From Parcubacteria group bacterium (GTDB taxonomy: Bacteria > Patescibacteriota > Minisyncoccia > Moranbacterales > UBA2206), in NCBI GenBank assembly GCA_041645535.1, contig JBAZPT010000002.1:170853-234852 (forward strand): a stretch of DNA of 64,000 bases. The letters are read 5' to 3'. This document shows positions 1 to 8,035 of this stretch, piece after piece. The notes below the pieces were generated by a model that had not been told where the DNA came from, searched no databases, and saw only the letters and a list, made by a program, of their open reading frames with translations. The translations under genes and the position numbers were made by a program. Position 1 is the stretch's first letter. Each line of letters opens with the position of its first letter.

Positions 1-217
1 CTATTATGATGGTACGAGAAGCTTTTTTGTCTTCTATTGATATCATTCTCATAACCTGCTTCGTCATGTCTTCGATCAACTTATCAAAAGTTGATTCATT
101 ATTAGTATACGAAATGGGTTCTTGATAACCATGGAGCAAAGTTTTCCCATTGGTTACGGGAAAAAAGAATAATCTGCGGCATTTACTACTTTCTACAGTT
201 GTTGTAATGTGATACAT
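1..217 (-). CDS. hypothetical protein, N-terminal part (gene runs off window start)
   Basis: Own reading of minus strand: ATG at 217-215 preceded by AGGAGGAG (rc of 222-229). The frame stays open to position 1 (MYHITTTVESSKCRRLFFFPV...). It is absent from the ORF track because no stop lies in the window. Confidence 0.4.
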   Translation of the reverse strand, partial: MYHITTTVESSKCRRLFFFPVTNGKTLLHGYQEPISYTNNESTFDKLIEDMTKQVMRMISIEDKKASRTIII

Positions 218-328
218 TTTTCTCCTCCTGGCCATTGGTCTCTTTATTGTTGTTAAAGATCCAAAACATTAGATAATACTCTTAAAAATTAAAAAAGTCA
301 ATATTTAGAACTAAACAAATTAAAAGTA

Positions 329-357
329 TTGACAAAAAGTCCTAAATAAGCTAAATT
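329..357 (+). promoter_or_regulatory. sigma70-like promoter upstream of TrmB paralog 1
   Basis: TTGACA (329-334), 17-nt spacer, TAAATT (352-357). The spacer begins with GAC-A5-GTC (331-341). Confidence 0.45.
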
Positions 358-396
358 TAAGGCATAAAAAAGTAGTAAGGTTATTACGACTAAAAT

Positions 397-1125
397 ATGA
401 ATCTGGAAAAAATTTTGATTGCCAATGGCCTAAGCGCTCCCCAGGCCAAACTGTATCTGGCTTGTTTGGAGCTGGGCACGGCTACGGCCTATAAAATCAG
501 CCGGAAAACCGGCATTCATCGCTCAAGCTGTTATGAGATTCTGGATAACCTCAAGGAAAAAGGTTTGATTTCTTTTTTCCACAAAAAAGGCAAGAAGCAT
601 TTCAACGCTGAAGATCCGCGGGGCATAATTTTCAAAACTAAGGAAAATATATCGCTTCTGGAACAAGCGTTGCCTCAATTCAACGCTCTATATTCTACGG
701 AGAAGGCCAGGCCAGCTGTTAGATACTACGAGGGCGCCAATGGCATGGAATTAATTTTGGAAGAAGTACTGGATGAAGCCAAAGAAATTTTAATTTTTGG
801 TTCAGTTGAAGATTATTTTGCAAACCTCCAAGATTATCTGCCAAAATTTCTGGAAAAAAGACTGAAACGAAAAATTCCCATCAGGTCTATATTCCGGGAT
901 TCGCCCAAGGCTCGCGCCAGAATAAATTCTGCTTCTGAACAGTTGAGAGAAGCGAGGATATTACCTGACAAATATGAACATCACGGCTTAACTGTCATCT
1001 GGGACAAAAAAATAGCGATGGCGTCATTTCTGAAAAAAGAAGCGGCGCTGGTAATTGAAAGCGAGGAACTGGCACAAATGGAAAAAATTAAGTTTTATGC
1101 TATCTGGGACTCACTGGAGAAATAA
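397..1125 (+). CDS. TrmB-family transcriptional regulator (paralog 1)
   Basis: 242-aa ORF. The N-terminal winged-helix signature (GLSAPQAKLYLACLELGTATAYKISRKTGIHRSSCYEILDNLKEKGLI) is typical of TrmB regulators. Paralogous to 4087-4803 and 20137-20868. Confidence 0.8.
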   Translation: MNLEKILIANGLSAPQAKLYLACLELGTATAYKISRKTGIHRSSCYEILDNLKEKGLISFFHKKGKKHFNAEDPRGIIFKTKENISLLEQALPQFNALYSTEKARPAVRYYEGANGMELILEEVLDEAKEILIFGSVEDYFANLQDYLPKFLEKRLKRKIPIRSIFRDSPKARARINSASEQLREARILPDKYEHHGLTVIWDKKIAMASFLKKEAALVIESEELAQMEKIKFYAIWDSLEK

Positions 1126-1126
1126 A

Positions 1127-1154
1127 TTGTAATATTAATACGCTAATATATACT
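1127..1154 (+). promoter_or_regulatory. promoter of polA, leaderless-type spacing
   Basis: TTGTAA (1127-1132), 16 nt, TATACT (1149-1154). The ATG at 1162 lies 7 nt after the -10 and no SD is present. Confidence 0.45.
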
Positions 1155-1161
1155 TAAATAT

Positions 1162-3951
1162 ATGGACAAAACCCCTAAAAAACTAGTCCTCATCGATGGC
1201 AATGCCATTATTCACCGAGCCTATCATGCTTTGCCACCGCTCACGACTAAGAAAGGAGAGCTAGTGAATGCGGTGTATGGTTTTACCAGTCTGCTTCTGA
1301 AAGTCATCAGTGAAATTAAACCGAAATACATTCTGGCGACTTTTGATTTGAAGGGGCCGACATTTCGGCATGAGGAATATAAGGAATATAAAGCCACGCG
1401 CGTCAAAGCGCCGGACGAGCTTTACGCGCAGTTTGATCGGGTCAAAGAAGTGGTGCGGGCGTTTAATATTCCCATTTTTGAAATGGCTGGCTTTGAGGCA
1501 GATGATGTGATCGGCACGATGGCGCACCAAGCCGAAAAAATCGAGGGCGTGGAAAATGTGATTGTCACCGGAGATTTGGATACGCTGCAACTCATTGACG
1601 ACAAAACCAAGGTTTATGCTTTGCGCCGTGGGATGAGCGACACGACAATTTATGACGATGCTGCCGTCCAGGAACGCTACGGATTGCGGCCGGACCAAAT
1701 GATTGATTACAAGGGACTCCGCGGCGATCCCTCCGACAATATTCCGGGCGTCAAAGGCATCGGCGAAAAAACGGCGATCGAACTTTTGCAAAAATACGGC
1801 ACAATTGAAAATGTTTATCAAAAACTCGGCGAAATCAAAGGCGCGCTTCATGACAAATTAGAAAGAGATAAAGCACAAGCGCTTTTGAGCAAGAGACTGG
1901 CTACTATTCAAAAAAATGTTCCTGTGAAATTGGATTTATCGCAAGCAGTAACGCGCGAATTTGACCGACAGAAAATTGTGAGCTTGTTTCAGGAATTGAA
2001 TTTTTTTAGCTTGATAAAAAGGCTTCCGGATTCGTCCCAAAGTTCGGATGACAAAGTAGCGGTCGGACCGCTATATAGCGGTCCGACCGCTACGACCAAC
2101 GGAGTTGCTGATTTTAAGTTTGAATTAATCGCTGAAGATAAAATTGACGAATTTATTAAACTTTTAAGCGAGCAAAAAGAAGTTGCCATTTATTTGCGAA
2201 CCACAGGGGATAAATATTATAACAGCGAACTTTTGGGAATCGCATTTTGTTATAAAACAGGAAGATGCGGATACATCGCTTTCAGCGAAGTTAAAAGTCT
2301 AAAGTCTAAAGTCAAAAGTATTTTAGAAAATGAGAATATTAAAAAAATTGGTTATGACTTAAAATATGTTTATGAAGTTTTGCAAAAATACGACATCAAA
2401 TTGCAGGGAAAATTATACGATATAATGCTGGCGGCTTATGTTTTGAATCCAGGCGGGAAAATTGAATTCAAAAATCTGGTGCTGGAAGAATTGGGGGAGG
2501 AAATTAAGGGCAAAACGAAAAGCGGGCAATTGGGGCTGGAAATCGAAACCGCGGATAGCGTCGCGCAAAAAATATGCCGGGCGGCGGACTATATTTGGAA
2601 GCTCAAAAATATTTATGCGGAAAAAATTGAAAAAATTTCTCAAGAACAGAAAAAAGAACAGAATCTAAAATACATTTTTACGGATATCGAAATGCCGCTG
2701 GTGGAAATTTTGGCGCAAATGGAAATTTGGGGCATCAAATTAAACACTATCATTTTTAAAGGCATATCTAAAAAAATTACTGAAACTATTTTGAAGCTGG
2801 AAAAAAATATTTATAAACAGGCGGGAACGACTTTTAACATCAATTCTCCCAAACAACTCACGGAAATTTTATTTGAGAAATTAAAACTGCCGACGGCGGA
2901 TATTAAAAAAGGCAAGACTGGATACTCAACCGCTTCCGGCGAGCTGTTTAAGTTGCGCAAAGAACATAAAATCATCGAAAAAATCGAGGAATATCGCGAA
3001 CTGTTCAAATTAAAAACAACCTATCTAGATACGCTCCCGGAAATGGTAGATGAAAAAAAGAGAATCCATACCACCTTCAATCAGGCGGTGACAGCGACAG
3101 GCAGATTATCTTCATCTGACCCAAATTTGCAAAATATTCCCATCCGCACAGATTTGGGGCAACTTTTGCGAACAGCATTTGTGGCGGAAAGGGGATATAA
3201 ATTGGTGAGCGCGGATTATTCCCAGATTGATCTGCGCGTGGTGGCGCATATGAGTGGCGACAAAAAAATGATCGAGACATTTTTGAAAGGCGAGGATGTG
3301 CATCGCGCGACCGCGGCGGAAATAAATAAAGTGACGCTATCGCAAGTAACCGAAAAGATGCGCTCCAGCGCCAAGGCTTTAAATTTTGGCGTGATTTACG
3401 GCATGAGTGTCTTTGGTTTTTCCGTCGCCGCCGGCATTGAAAGGGACGAGGCCAGGAAATTCATCGATGAATATATGAATAAATTCGAAGGCATTGCGAA
3501 ATATATGCGTGATACTAAGGAGTCGGCCAAGAAGAATGGCTATGTGGAAACGGAATTGGGACGACGCAGATATATTCCGGAAATAAATTCCCCAAATTTC
3601 CAGGTCCAAAACGCAGCGGAAAGAATGGCGATTAATATGCCCATCCAAGGCATGTCAGCTGATATTGTGAAGCTGGCTATGATTAAGGTTCACGAAGAGT
3701 ATCAAAATAATCCGAATGTCCGCATGCTTCTCCAAGTGCACGACGACATTATTTTGGAGGTCAAAGAACCTGCCCGCAATGCTTCGCCCGCTCGCAACGA
3801 TGTAGCGACTTCGGGCGAGCATAGCGATGCAGGCGGGGAAATTGCAGATGAGGTGGCTAAAAAAGTAAAAGAGATTATGGAAGGTGTTTATACGCTCAAA
3901 GTTCCGCTAGTGGTAAATGTGAAGGTGGGGGATAATTGGGGAGAGATATAG
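1162..3951 (+). CDS. polA: DNA polymerase I
   Basis: 929 aa. It has a 5' nuclease domain (LIDGNAIIHRAYHA), an exonuclease-like middle region and pol motifs (DYSQIDLRV, LQVHDD). It carries three repeat-derived insertions (see repeats). Confidence 0.95.
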   Translation: MDKTPKKLVLIDGNAIIHRAYHALPPLTTKKGELVNAVYGFTSLLLKVISEIKPKYILATFDLKGPTFRHEEYKEYKATRVKAPDELYAQFDRVKEVVRAFNIPIFEMAGFEADDVIGTMAHQAEKIEGVENVIVTGDLDTLQLIDDKTKVYALRRGMSDTTIYDDAAVQERYGLRPDQMIDYKGLRGDPSDNIPGVKGIGEKTAIELLQKYGTIENVYQKLGEIKGALHDKLERDKAQALLSKRLATIQKNVPVKLDLSQAVTREFDRQKIVSLFQELNFFSLIKRLPDSSQSSDDKVAVGPLYSGPTATTNGVADFKFELIAEDKIDEFIKLLSEQKEVAIYLRTTGDKYYNSELLGIAFCYKTGRCGYIAFSEVKSLKSKVKSILENENIKKIGYDLKYVYEVLQKYDIKLQGKLYDIMLAAYVLNPGGKIEFKNLVLEELGEEIKGKTKSGQLGLEIETADSVAQKICRAADYIWKLKNIYAEKIEKISQEQKKEQNLKYIFTDIEMPLVEILAQMEIWGIKLNTIIFKGISKKITETILKLEKNIYKQAGTTFNINSPKQLTEILFEKLKLPTADIKKGKTGYSTASGELFKLRKEHKIIEKIEEYRELFKLKTTYLDTLPEMVDEKKRIHTTFNQAVTATGRLSSSDPNLQNIPIRTDLGQLLRTAFVAERGYKLVSADYSQIDLRVVAHMSGDKKMIETFLKGEDVHRATAAEINKVTLSQVTEKMRSSAKALNFGVIYGMSVFGFSVAAGIERDEARKFIDEYMNKFEGIAKYMRDTKESAKKNGYVETELGRRRYIPEINSPNFQVQNAAERMAINMPIQGMSADIVKLAMIKVHEEYQNNPNVRMLLQVHDDIILEVKEPARNASPARNDVATSGEHSDAGGEIADEVAKKVKEIMEGVYTLKVPLVVNVKVGDNWGEI
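2056..2093. repeat. GC-rich perfect 38-bp palindrome inside polA (GTAGCGGTCGGACCGCTA / TAGCGGTCCGACCGCTAC)
   Basis: Read directly. It encodes VAVGPLYSGPTAT in the linker between the 5' nuclease and exo domains. The same arm sequence occurs at 14756-14809. Confidence 0.9.
2294..2321 (+). repeat. tandem heptanucleotide repeat (AAAGTCT x4, last copies degenerate) inside polA
   Basis: aaagtct aaagtct aaagtca aaagtat, translated as KSLKSKVKS. Confidence 0.8.
3769..3838 (+). repeat. 70-bp GC-rich imperfect-palindrome element inside polA, identical (reverse complement) to 63309-63378
   Basis: The reverse complement was worked out by hand and matches 63309-63378 at 70/70 positions. It encodes about 23 extra aa (PARNASPARNDVATSGEHSDAGG) just after the HDD palm motif. 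Confidence 0.9.
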
Positions 3952-4086
3952 TATCGTATCAAAAATGATACGCAAACGACATGGAAATGATACGCTTTCA
4001 TAGGTATTGAAAAAAAACTAAGTTTCGAAAATTCTCGAAATGAGGGTATAAAGTACGCATTAAAAACGAAACATAATTCACAGGAA

Positions 4087-4803
4087 TTAAATTTTGCTCC
4101 ACAACAACTCATAAATTTTTTTCATTGATTTGGCGATGGGTTCGGATTCGATAATCAGGCCGATTTTGTCGGCGTAAGACATAAAAGCGACTTTGTTATT
4201 ATAAATATTGATTTCGATGGGAATATCGAAATTTTTTATTAATTTTGTTTCGCTTAATTCTTCCTTGTCCATTTTGGCGTGATGGCGGTATTTTTCATCA
4301 TCCGGGCCGATGCGCAAAGCCCGGATATTTTTCTTTTTTCTTTCTTCGACATAATCCAATGGGAAAGTATCGAAGGCTTTGAAAATTTCGGAGGTGTTGA
4401 ATTCCAGAATTTCATCCGGTTTTTCCTTGAGCGTGTCCTCATAAACTTTCAAAATTCCTTCCGTATCCTCAAAAAACAAAATCTTGGGTTTCACTTGGTT
4501 TTCATTGTGGATCGCTTCCAGCTCCGGCAAAACATTTTCAAAACTTTTTTGGTATGTTTTGAAACGCTCGGCCAAATCTTTCGGATTTCGGGCGAGATAT
4601 TTGGCCTTGCCTTCTTTGTCGGTTTTCAAAATAAAATCCTTTTTAACCATCACTTCCAAAACGGAATAAGCGGTGGTTCTTTTGATTCTGGCTTTTTGCG
4701 CGATCCTTTGCGCCGAAGCTGAGCCGGATTCCAACGCCGCCAGATATATTTTGGCTTCATTGGGGGAGAGGCCTAGGTTGGTTAAAATTAATTCGTTTAT
4801 CAT
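4087..4803 (-). CDS. TrmB-family transcriptional regulator (paralog 2)
   Basis: 238 aa. N-terminus LGLSPNEAKIYLAALESGSASAQRIAQKARIKRTTAYSVLEVMVKKDFI. Same architecture as the other two paralogs. Confidence 0.8.
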   Translation of the reverse strand: MINELILTNLGLSPNEAKIYLAALESGSASAQRIAQKARIKRTTAYSVLEVMVKKDFILKTDKEGKAKYLARNPKDLAERFKTYQKSFENVLPELEAIHNENQVKPKILFFEDTEGILKVYEDTLKEKPDEILEFNTSEIFKAFDTFPLDYVEERKKKNIRALRIGPDDEKYRHHAKMDKEELSETKLIKNFDIPIEINIYNNKVAFMSYADKIGLIIESEPIAKSMKKIYELLWSKI

Positions 4804-4809
4804 ATTTTT

Positions 4810-4835
4810 AGTATATTGACGACTTTTTCGTCGTC
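4810..4835 (-). promoter_or_regulatory. -10 box plus palindromic operator candidate for TrmB paralog 2
   Basis: On the minus strand: GACGAC-GAAAAA-GTCGTC (4835-4818), AA, TATACT (4815-4810), 6 nt, then ATG (4803). No SD is present. Confidence 0.45.
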
Positions 4836-4934
4836 TTTATTTTTAAGCCTAGCATATGGACTAAATATTGTCAATATATGCTTAAAATAAGGGCATTTAA
4901 AAACATTGATGATTGTGTAAGAAAGACGAAACAA

Positions 4935-4963
4935 TTGACTTAGTTGACAAAAAATGCTAAAAT
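4935..4963 (+). promoter_or_regulatory. promoter of the small-gene cassette (divergent from TrmB paralog 2)
   Basis: TTGACT (4935-4940), 17 nt, TAAAAT (4958-4963). Confidence 0.45.
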
Positions 4964-5030
4964 AGGCGGTTGCGATCAATGGTGGTCGCGACAAACATGA
5001 ACCTTAAAAAATGAATAGGAGGATATCGGT

Positions 5031-5252
5031 ATGATTATTCAGATGTTTACAGATGCTGTTACTGTAATCCTTGTGGGTTTTTGCTGGGTGTGCCTTCCCA
5101 GAACTTTTTCCGTTTTGGTAGGTGCCTCTTATATGATGGCAACAAAACAATTAACAAAAACATTGGAAGCGGAGAATTTTCTGATCATGGTATTTATTCT
5201 TGTGGGCTTTGTGCTTGATGCTTGGCAAATTTCAAAAAATTTTAAAAAATAA
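5031..5252 (+). CDS. small membrane protein (2 predicted TM helices), unknown function
   Basis: 73-aa ORF with a strong SD (AGGAGGA 8 nt upstream) and hydrophobic segments. Confidence 0.5.
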   Translation: MIIQMFTDAVTVILVGFCWVCLPRTFSVLVGASYMMATKQLTKTLEAENFLIMVFILVGFVLDAWQISKNFKK

Positions 5253-5264
5253 TCATGAAGGGAT

Positions 5265-5278
5265 GCGGAATAATCCGC
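5265..5278 (+). promoter_or_regulatory. intercistronic hairpin motif GCGGAATAATCCGC (copy 1 of 4)
   Basis: Exact 14-mer (5-bp stem, ATAA loop) lying 12 nt before the ATG at 5291. Confidence 0.8.
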
Positions 5279-5290
5279 AGAAAGGAAAGA

Positions 5291-5569
5291 ATGACAATGG
5301 AAGGCAAAATAACTGCAAAAGAGGAGTTGCTCAAGAGGGTTGAAGAAAAAAATGAGAAGAGAAAAGACTACGTCATAGAAATGATCGAAGAAGTGTTAGC
5401 CGAAATAAAAAAATCCCCGGGAGATGATCTCGGAAAAGTAGAAATTAGTATAGGCGGGCATGATCCGGATTCTTCTTATGTCAAAGAAATAACGAAAATG
5501 TATAGTGATGCAGGATGGACAGTGTCTTTTTCAAGAAGAGATCTGGCGAATCTCATAATTTTAAAATGA
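5291..5569 (+). CDS. small soluble protein, paralog of 5901-6182
   Basis: The track ORF starts at 5255, but ATG 5291 follows the hairpin and an AAAGGAAAG SD. The C-terminal motif ISIGG..P......VKEI...Y..AGW.V.F...ILK is shared with 5901-6182. Confidence 0.5.
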   Translation: MTMEGKITAKEELLKRVEEKNEKRKDYVIEMIEEVLAEIKKSPGDDLGKVEISIGGHDPDSSYVKEITKMYSDAGWTVSFSRRDLANLIILK

Positions 5570-5571
5570 AC

Positions 5572-5585
5572 GCGGAATAATCCGC
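5572..5585 (+). promoter_or_regulatory. intercistronic hairpin motif GCGGAATAATCCGC (copy 2 of 4)
   Basis: Exact 14-mer followed by the GGGAGGAGGG SD and ATG 5603. Confidence 0.8.
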
Positions 5586-5602
5586 AGGGAGGAGGGATAA
5601 TT

Positions 5603-5863
5603 ATGTTAAACAATAAAGAAGCCATGGAAGATATAGATGAGGGAGAGTTTTTCTATAATATCAGAAACCTTTGTCTCATATGTGCTTCTCTGCAAATAGC
5701 TGGCCTAATCTGTATTGTTCTGAAAATATGGTCGGTTGTAATTGTGGGAGGATTTGCGGCGGTGGTTAGGGTGTTTATTCCAAAAAGAATCAATGAAGGG
5801 ATTTTTAACCACATTGCTGCTGTCGCTGGATTTATAACAATGATATGGGCAATGTTCCATTAG
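5603..5863 (+). CDS. small membrane protein (2 TM), unknown function
   Basis: 86-aa ORF with a strong SD and hydrophobic stretches. Confidence 0.5.
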   Translation: MLNNKEAMEDIDEGEFFYNIRNLCLICASLQIAGLICIVLKIWSVVIVGGFAAVVRVFIPKRINEGIFNHIAAVAGFITMIWAMFH

Positions 5864-5870
5864 TATCTTA

Positions 5871-5884
5871 GCGGAATAATCCGC
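5871..5884 (+). promoter_or_regulatory. intercistronic hairpin motif GCGGAATAATCCGC (copy 3 of 4)
   Basis: Exact 14-mer followed by the GAAAGGAAG SD and ATG 5901. Confidence 0.8.
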
Positions 5885-5900
5885 GGAAAGGAAGAATGAA

Positions 5901-6182
5901 ATGTTAAAAATTACAAAAAAATCAGAACATGCGTTGGTGCTAAAGATCAATAAGGAAAGTTGGAAAGAGGCGCTTATCTCCAAAATTGAGAAAAAGATTG
6001 AAGAAACTAATACATTAAATTTCCCAAAACGCGGGATCGTTGTTGATATTTCTGGCTTTAGCCCCGGAGAGGATGTTGTAAAGGAGGTTTCTGAACAGTA
6101 TAAAAAGGCGGGGTGGAAGGTTGAGTTTAAAAAAACTAATTCTCGTTCTAACTGGAATATACAACAGATGATTTTAAAATAA
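5901..6182 (+). CDS. small soluble protein, paralog of 5291-5569
   Basis: 93 aa with the shared C-terminal motif (VVDISGFSPGEDVVKEVSEQYKKAGWKVEF...MILK). Confidence 0.5.
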   Translation: MLKITKKSEHALVLKINKESWKEALISKIEKKIEETNTLNFPKRGIVVDISGFSPGEDVVKEVSEQYKKAGWKVEFKKTNSRSNWNIQQMILK

Positions 6183-6190
6183 ATTTAATT

Positions 6191-6204
6191 GCGGAATAAT
6201 CCGC
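6191..6204 (+). promoter_or_regulatory. intercistronic hairpin motif GCGGAATAATCCGC (copy 4 of 4)
   Basis: Exact 14-mer followed by the GAGGAGGA SD and ATG 6216. Confidence 0.8.
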
Positions 6205-6215
6205 GAGGAGGAAAA

Positions 6216-6584
6216 ATGGAAAATAAAAAAGTATCGAAAGCCATGGTTAACAAAGCAAAGTACTGGTATGAAACAAAAGAGCTGTACAGAAAAATACGAC
6301 AAGACTCTTCTTTTGATATAGAGCTCTTTACTATATTGGAAAAAAGCGCGCTTAAAATTTTGCTTGACCTCGTGGGGGTCGTGAAAGCTATAGTTACAAA
6401 CGCAGAAAAGAAAGAAATCGCACGCACATTGAATCTAGTTCTTCTTTCAGGTGAGAATTGTACTGAACGAATAAACGTAAGAAAGTTTGTCAAGCACAAA
6501 CTAAAATTTCCTCCGGACGGATGGGAATTACTTACTTTTAAAAAAGACAGGGTGGTTGTTAGAAAAAACAGAAAGAAAACTTGA
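6216..6584 (+). CDS. hypothetical protein (last gene of the small cassette)
   Basis: The track ORF starts at 6189. ATG 6216 follows the hairpin and SD. 122 aa, no recognisable family. Confidence 0.45.
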   Translation: MENKKVSKAMVNKAKYWYETKELYRKIRQDSSFDIELFTILEKSALKILLDLVGVVKAIVTNAEKKEIARTLNLVLLSGENCTERINVRKFVKHKLKFPPDGWELLTFKKDRVVVRKNRKKT

Positions 6585-6600
6585 TGAGTATAAACAACAG

Positions 6601-6631
6601 GCCCTTTGCACGCGTTGCAGAGGGCTTTTTT
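6601..6631 (+). terminator. rho-independent terminator of the small-gene cassette
   Basis: GCCCTTTGCA...TGCAGAGGGC stem followed by TTTTTT. Confidence 0.6.
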
Positions 6632-6661
6632 ATTAGTTGATGTAAGCCAAATAACGACATA

Positions 6662-6690
6662 TTGACAAGGCAGAGCATGCCTGCTATAAT
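6662..6690 (+). promoter_or_regulatory. consensus sigma70 promoter
   Basis: TTGACA (6662-6667), 17 nt, TATAAT (6685-6690). Confidence 0.6.
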
Positions 6691-6722
6691 TGTAGTGTAA
6701 TACATAAAAAGTAAGGATAAAT

Positions 6723-8015
6723 ATGTACAATGATACAATTATAGTAAAAAGGGCTGTGTTTTCAAAACTGGTGGAACATTTGGATGCGAAAGAGGCTACG
6801 GTCTTGCTGGGTCCACGACAAGTGGGGAAAACAACACTGATGAAAGCATTGCAAAAGCATCTAATTGAGGTTAAGAAAATTGTGGAAAGCAATATCTTTT
6901 TCTTTAACTTGGATATTTTGGGCGACCAGGAAATGTTTGAGTCGCAGGAAAAATTTATTACTTTTTTGCGCGAACGGAGTAAAAATGATTTTATCTATGT
7001 ATTTATCGATGAAGCACAGAAAATAACAGAGGCAGGAGTTTTTATCAAAGGAGTTTATGACATGAATCTCCCTCTCAAGCTTGTCCTTTCCGGTTCATCA
7101 TCGCTCGAAATAAAAAACAAACTCGGCGAACCATTGACCGGCAGAAAAAAAGTATTTACTATTTTGCCGTTTTCCTTCACAGAATTTTTGGATTATAAAG
7201 AGGAAGGTTTTCAAAAAAACATTATGAAAGCCGACCTCGCCACGGCGGATGAAAAATATAAAATAAACAGCTACCTGAATGAGTATCTTGTTTATGGAGG
7301 CTATCCCCGAGTGGTAACGGAAAAAAATGAATCGCGGAAAAAAGAACTATTGGAAGAAATATATTCAAGCTACATCGAAAAAGACATTGCCGGATTTTTG
7401 AAAATAAAAGAACCCCTGGCTTTTTCAAATCTGATCAAGCTTTTGGCGATCCAAAATGGCCAGCTTTGCAATGTTAGCAATATTTCCAAGGCGCTTAATT
7501 TAAACCAGCGGACAGTGGAAAAGTATCTTTTTTATCTGGAGCAGACCTTTGTCGTAAAAAAATTGCCGCCATTTTTTTCCAATGCCAAAAAAGAGCTGGT
7601 TAAAATGCCCAAGGTTTATTTTTTTGACACCGGCCTGCGCAATTTGCTGGCTTCCGATTTTTTGGAGTTGGAAAAAAGAAAAGATCGGGGCGGACTGCTG
7701 GAAAATTTTGCTTATAATGAAATGGCGAAAAATCTGGGAGTGGCGGATAGAATAAATTTTTGGAGGAACAAATCAGGAGCTGAAGTTGATTTTGTAGTCA
7801 GAAAAGGAGCCGAGATAGTGCCTTTTGAAATAAAGACCAAAATTAGCGAGCCGAAAATTGAGGCGAGTTTAAAAACTTTTTTGGAACTTTATACAATCAA
7901 AATGGCATATATATTATTTGGAGAAGGAAAGAGCGGGAGATATAAAAAAATGGGTGCTAACATAAGCTTTATGCCGATTTATAAAGTTACCGATAAAAAA
8001 ATCCTAACAAGCTAA
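6723..8015 (+). CDS. AAA+ ATPase, COG1373/DUF4143-type
   Basis: 430 aa. Walker A GPRQVGKTT and Walker B FIDEAQ. The C-terminal region resembles DUF4143. Paralog of 18221-19357. Confidence 0.7.
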   Translation: MYNDTIIVKRAVFSKLVEHLDAKEATVLLGPRQVGKTTLMKALQKHLIEVKKIVESNIFFFNLDILGDQEMFESQEKFITFLRERSKNDFIYVFIDEAQKITEAGVFIKGVYDMNLPLKLVLSGSSSLEIKNKLGEPLTGRKKVFTILPFSFTEFLDYKEEGFQKNIMKADLATADEKYKINSYLNEYLVYGGYPRVVTEKNESRKKELLEEIYSSYIEKDIAGFLKIKEPLAFSNLIKLLAIQNGQLCNVSNISKALNLNQRTVEKYLFYLEQTFVVKKLPPFFSNAKKELVKMPKVYFFDTGLRNLLASDFLELEKRKDRGGLLENFAYNEMAKNLGVADRINFWRNKSGAEVDFVVRKGAEIVPFEIKTKISEPKIEASLKTFLELYTIKMAYILFGEGKSGRYKKMGANISFMPIYKVTDKKILTS

Positions 8016-8035
8016 AAGCTAACGAAACTACCAAT

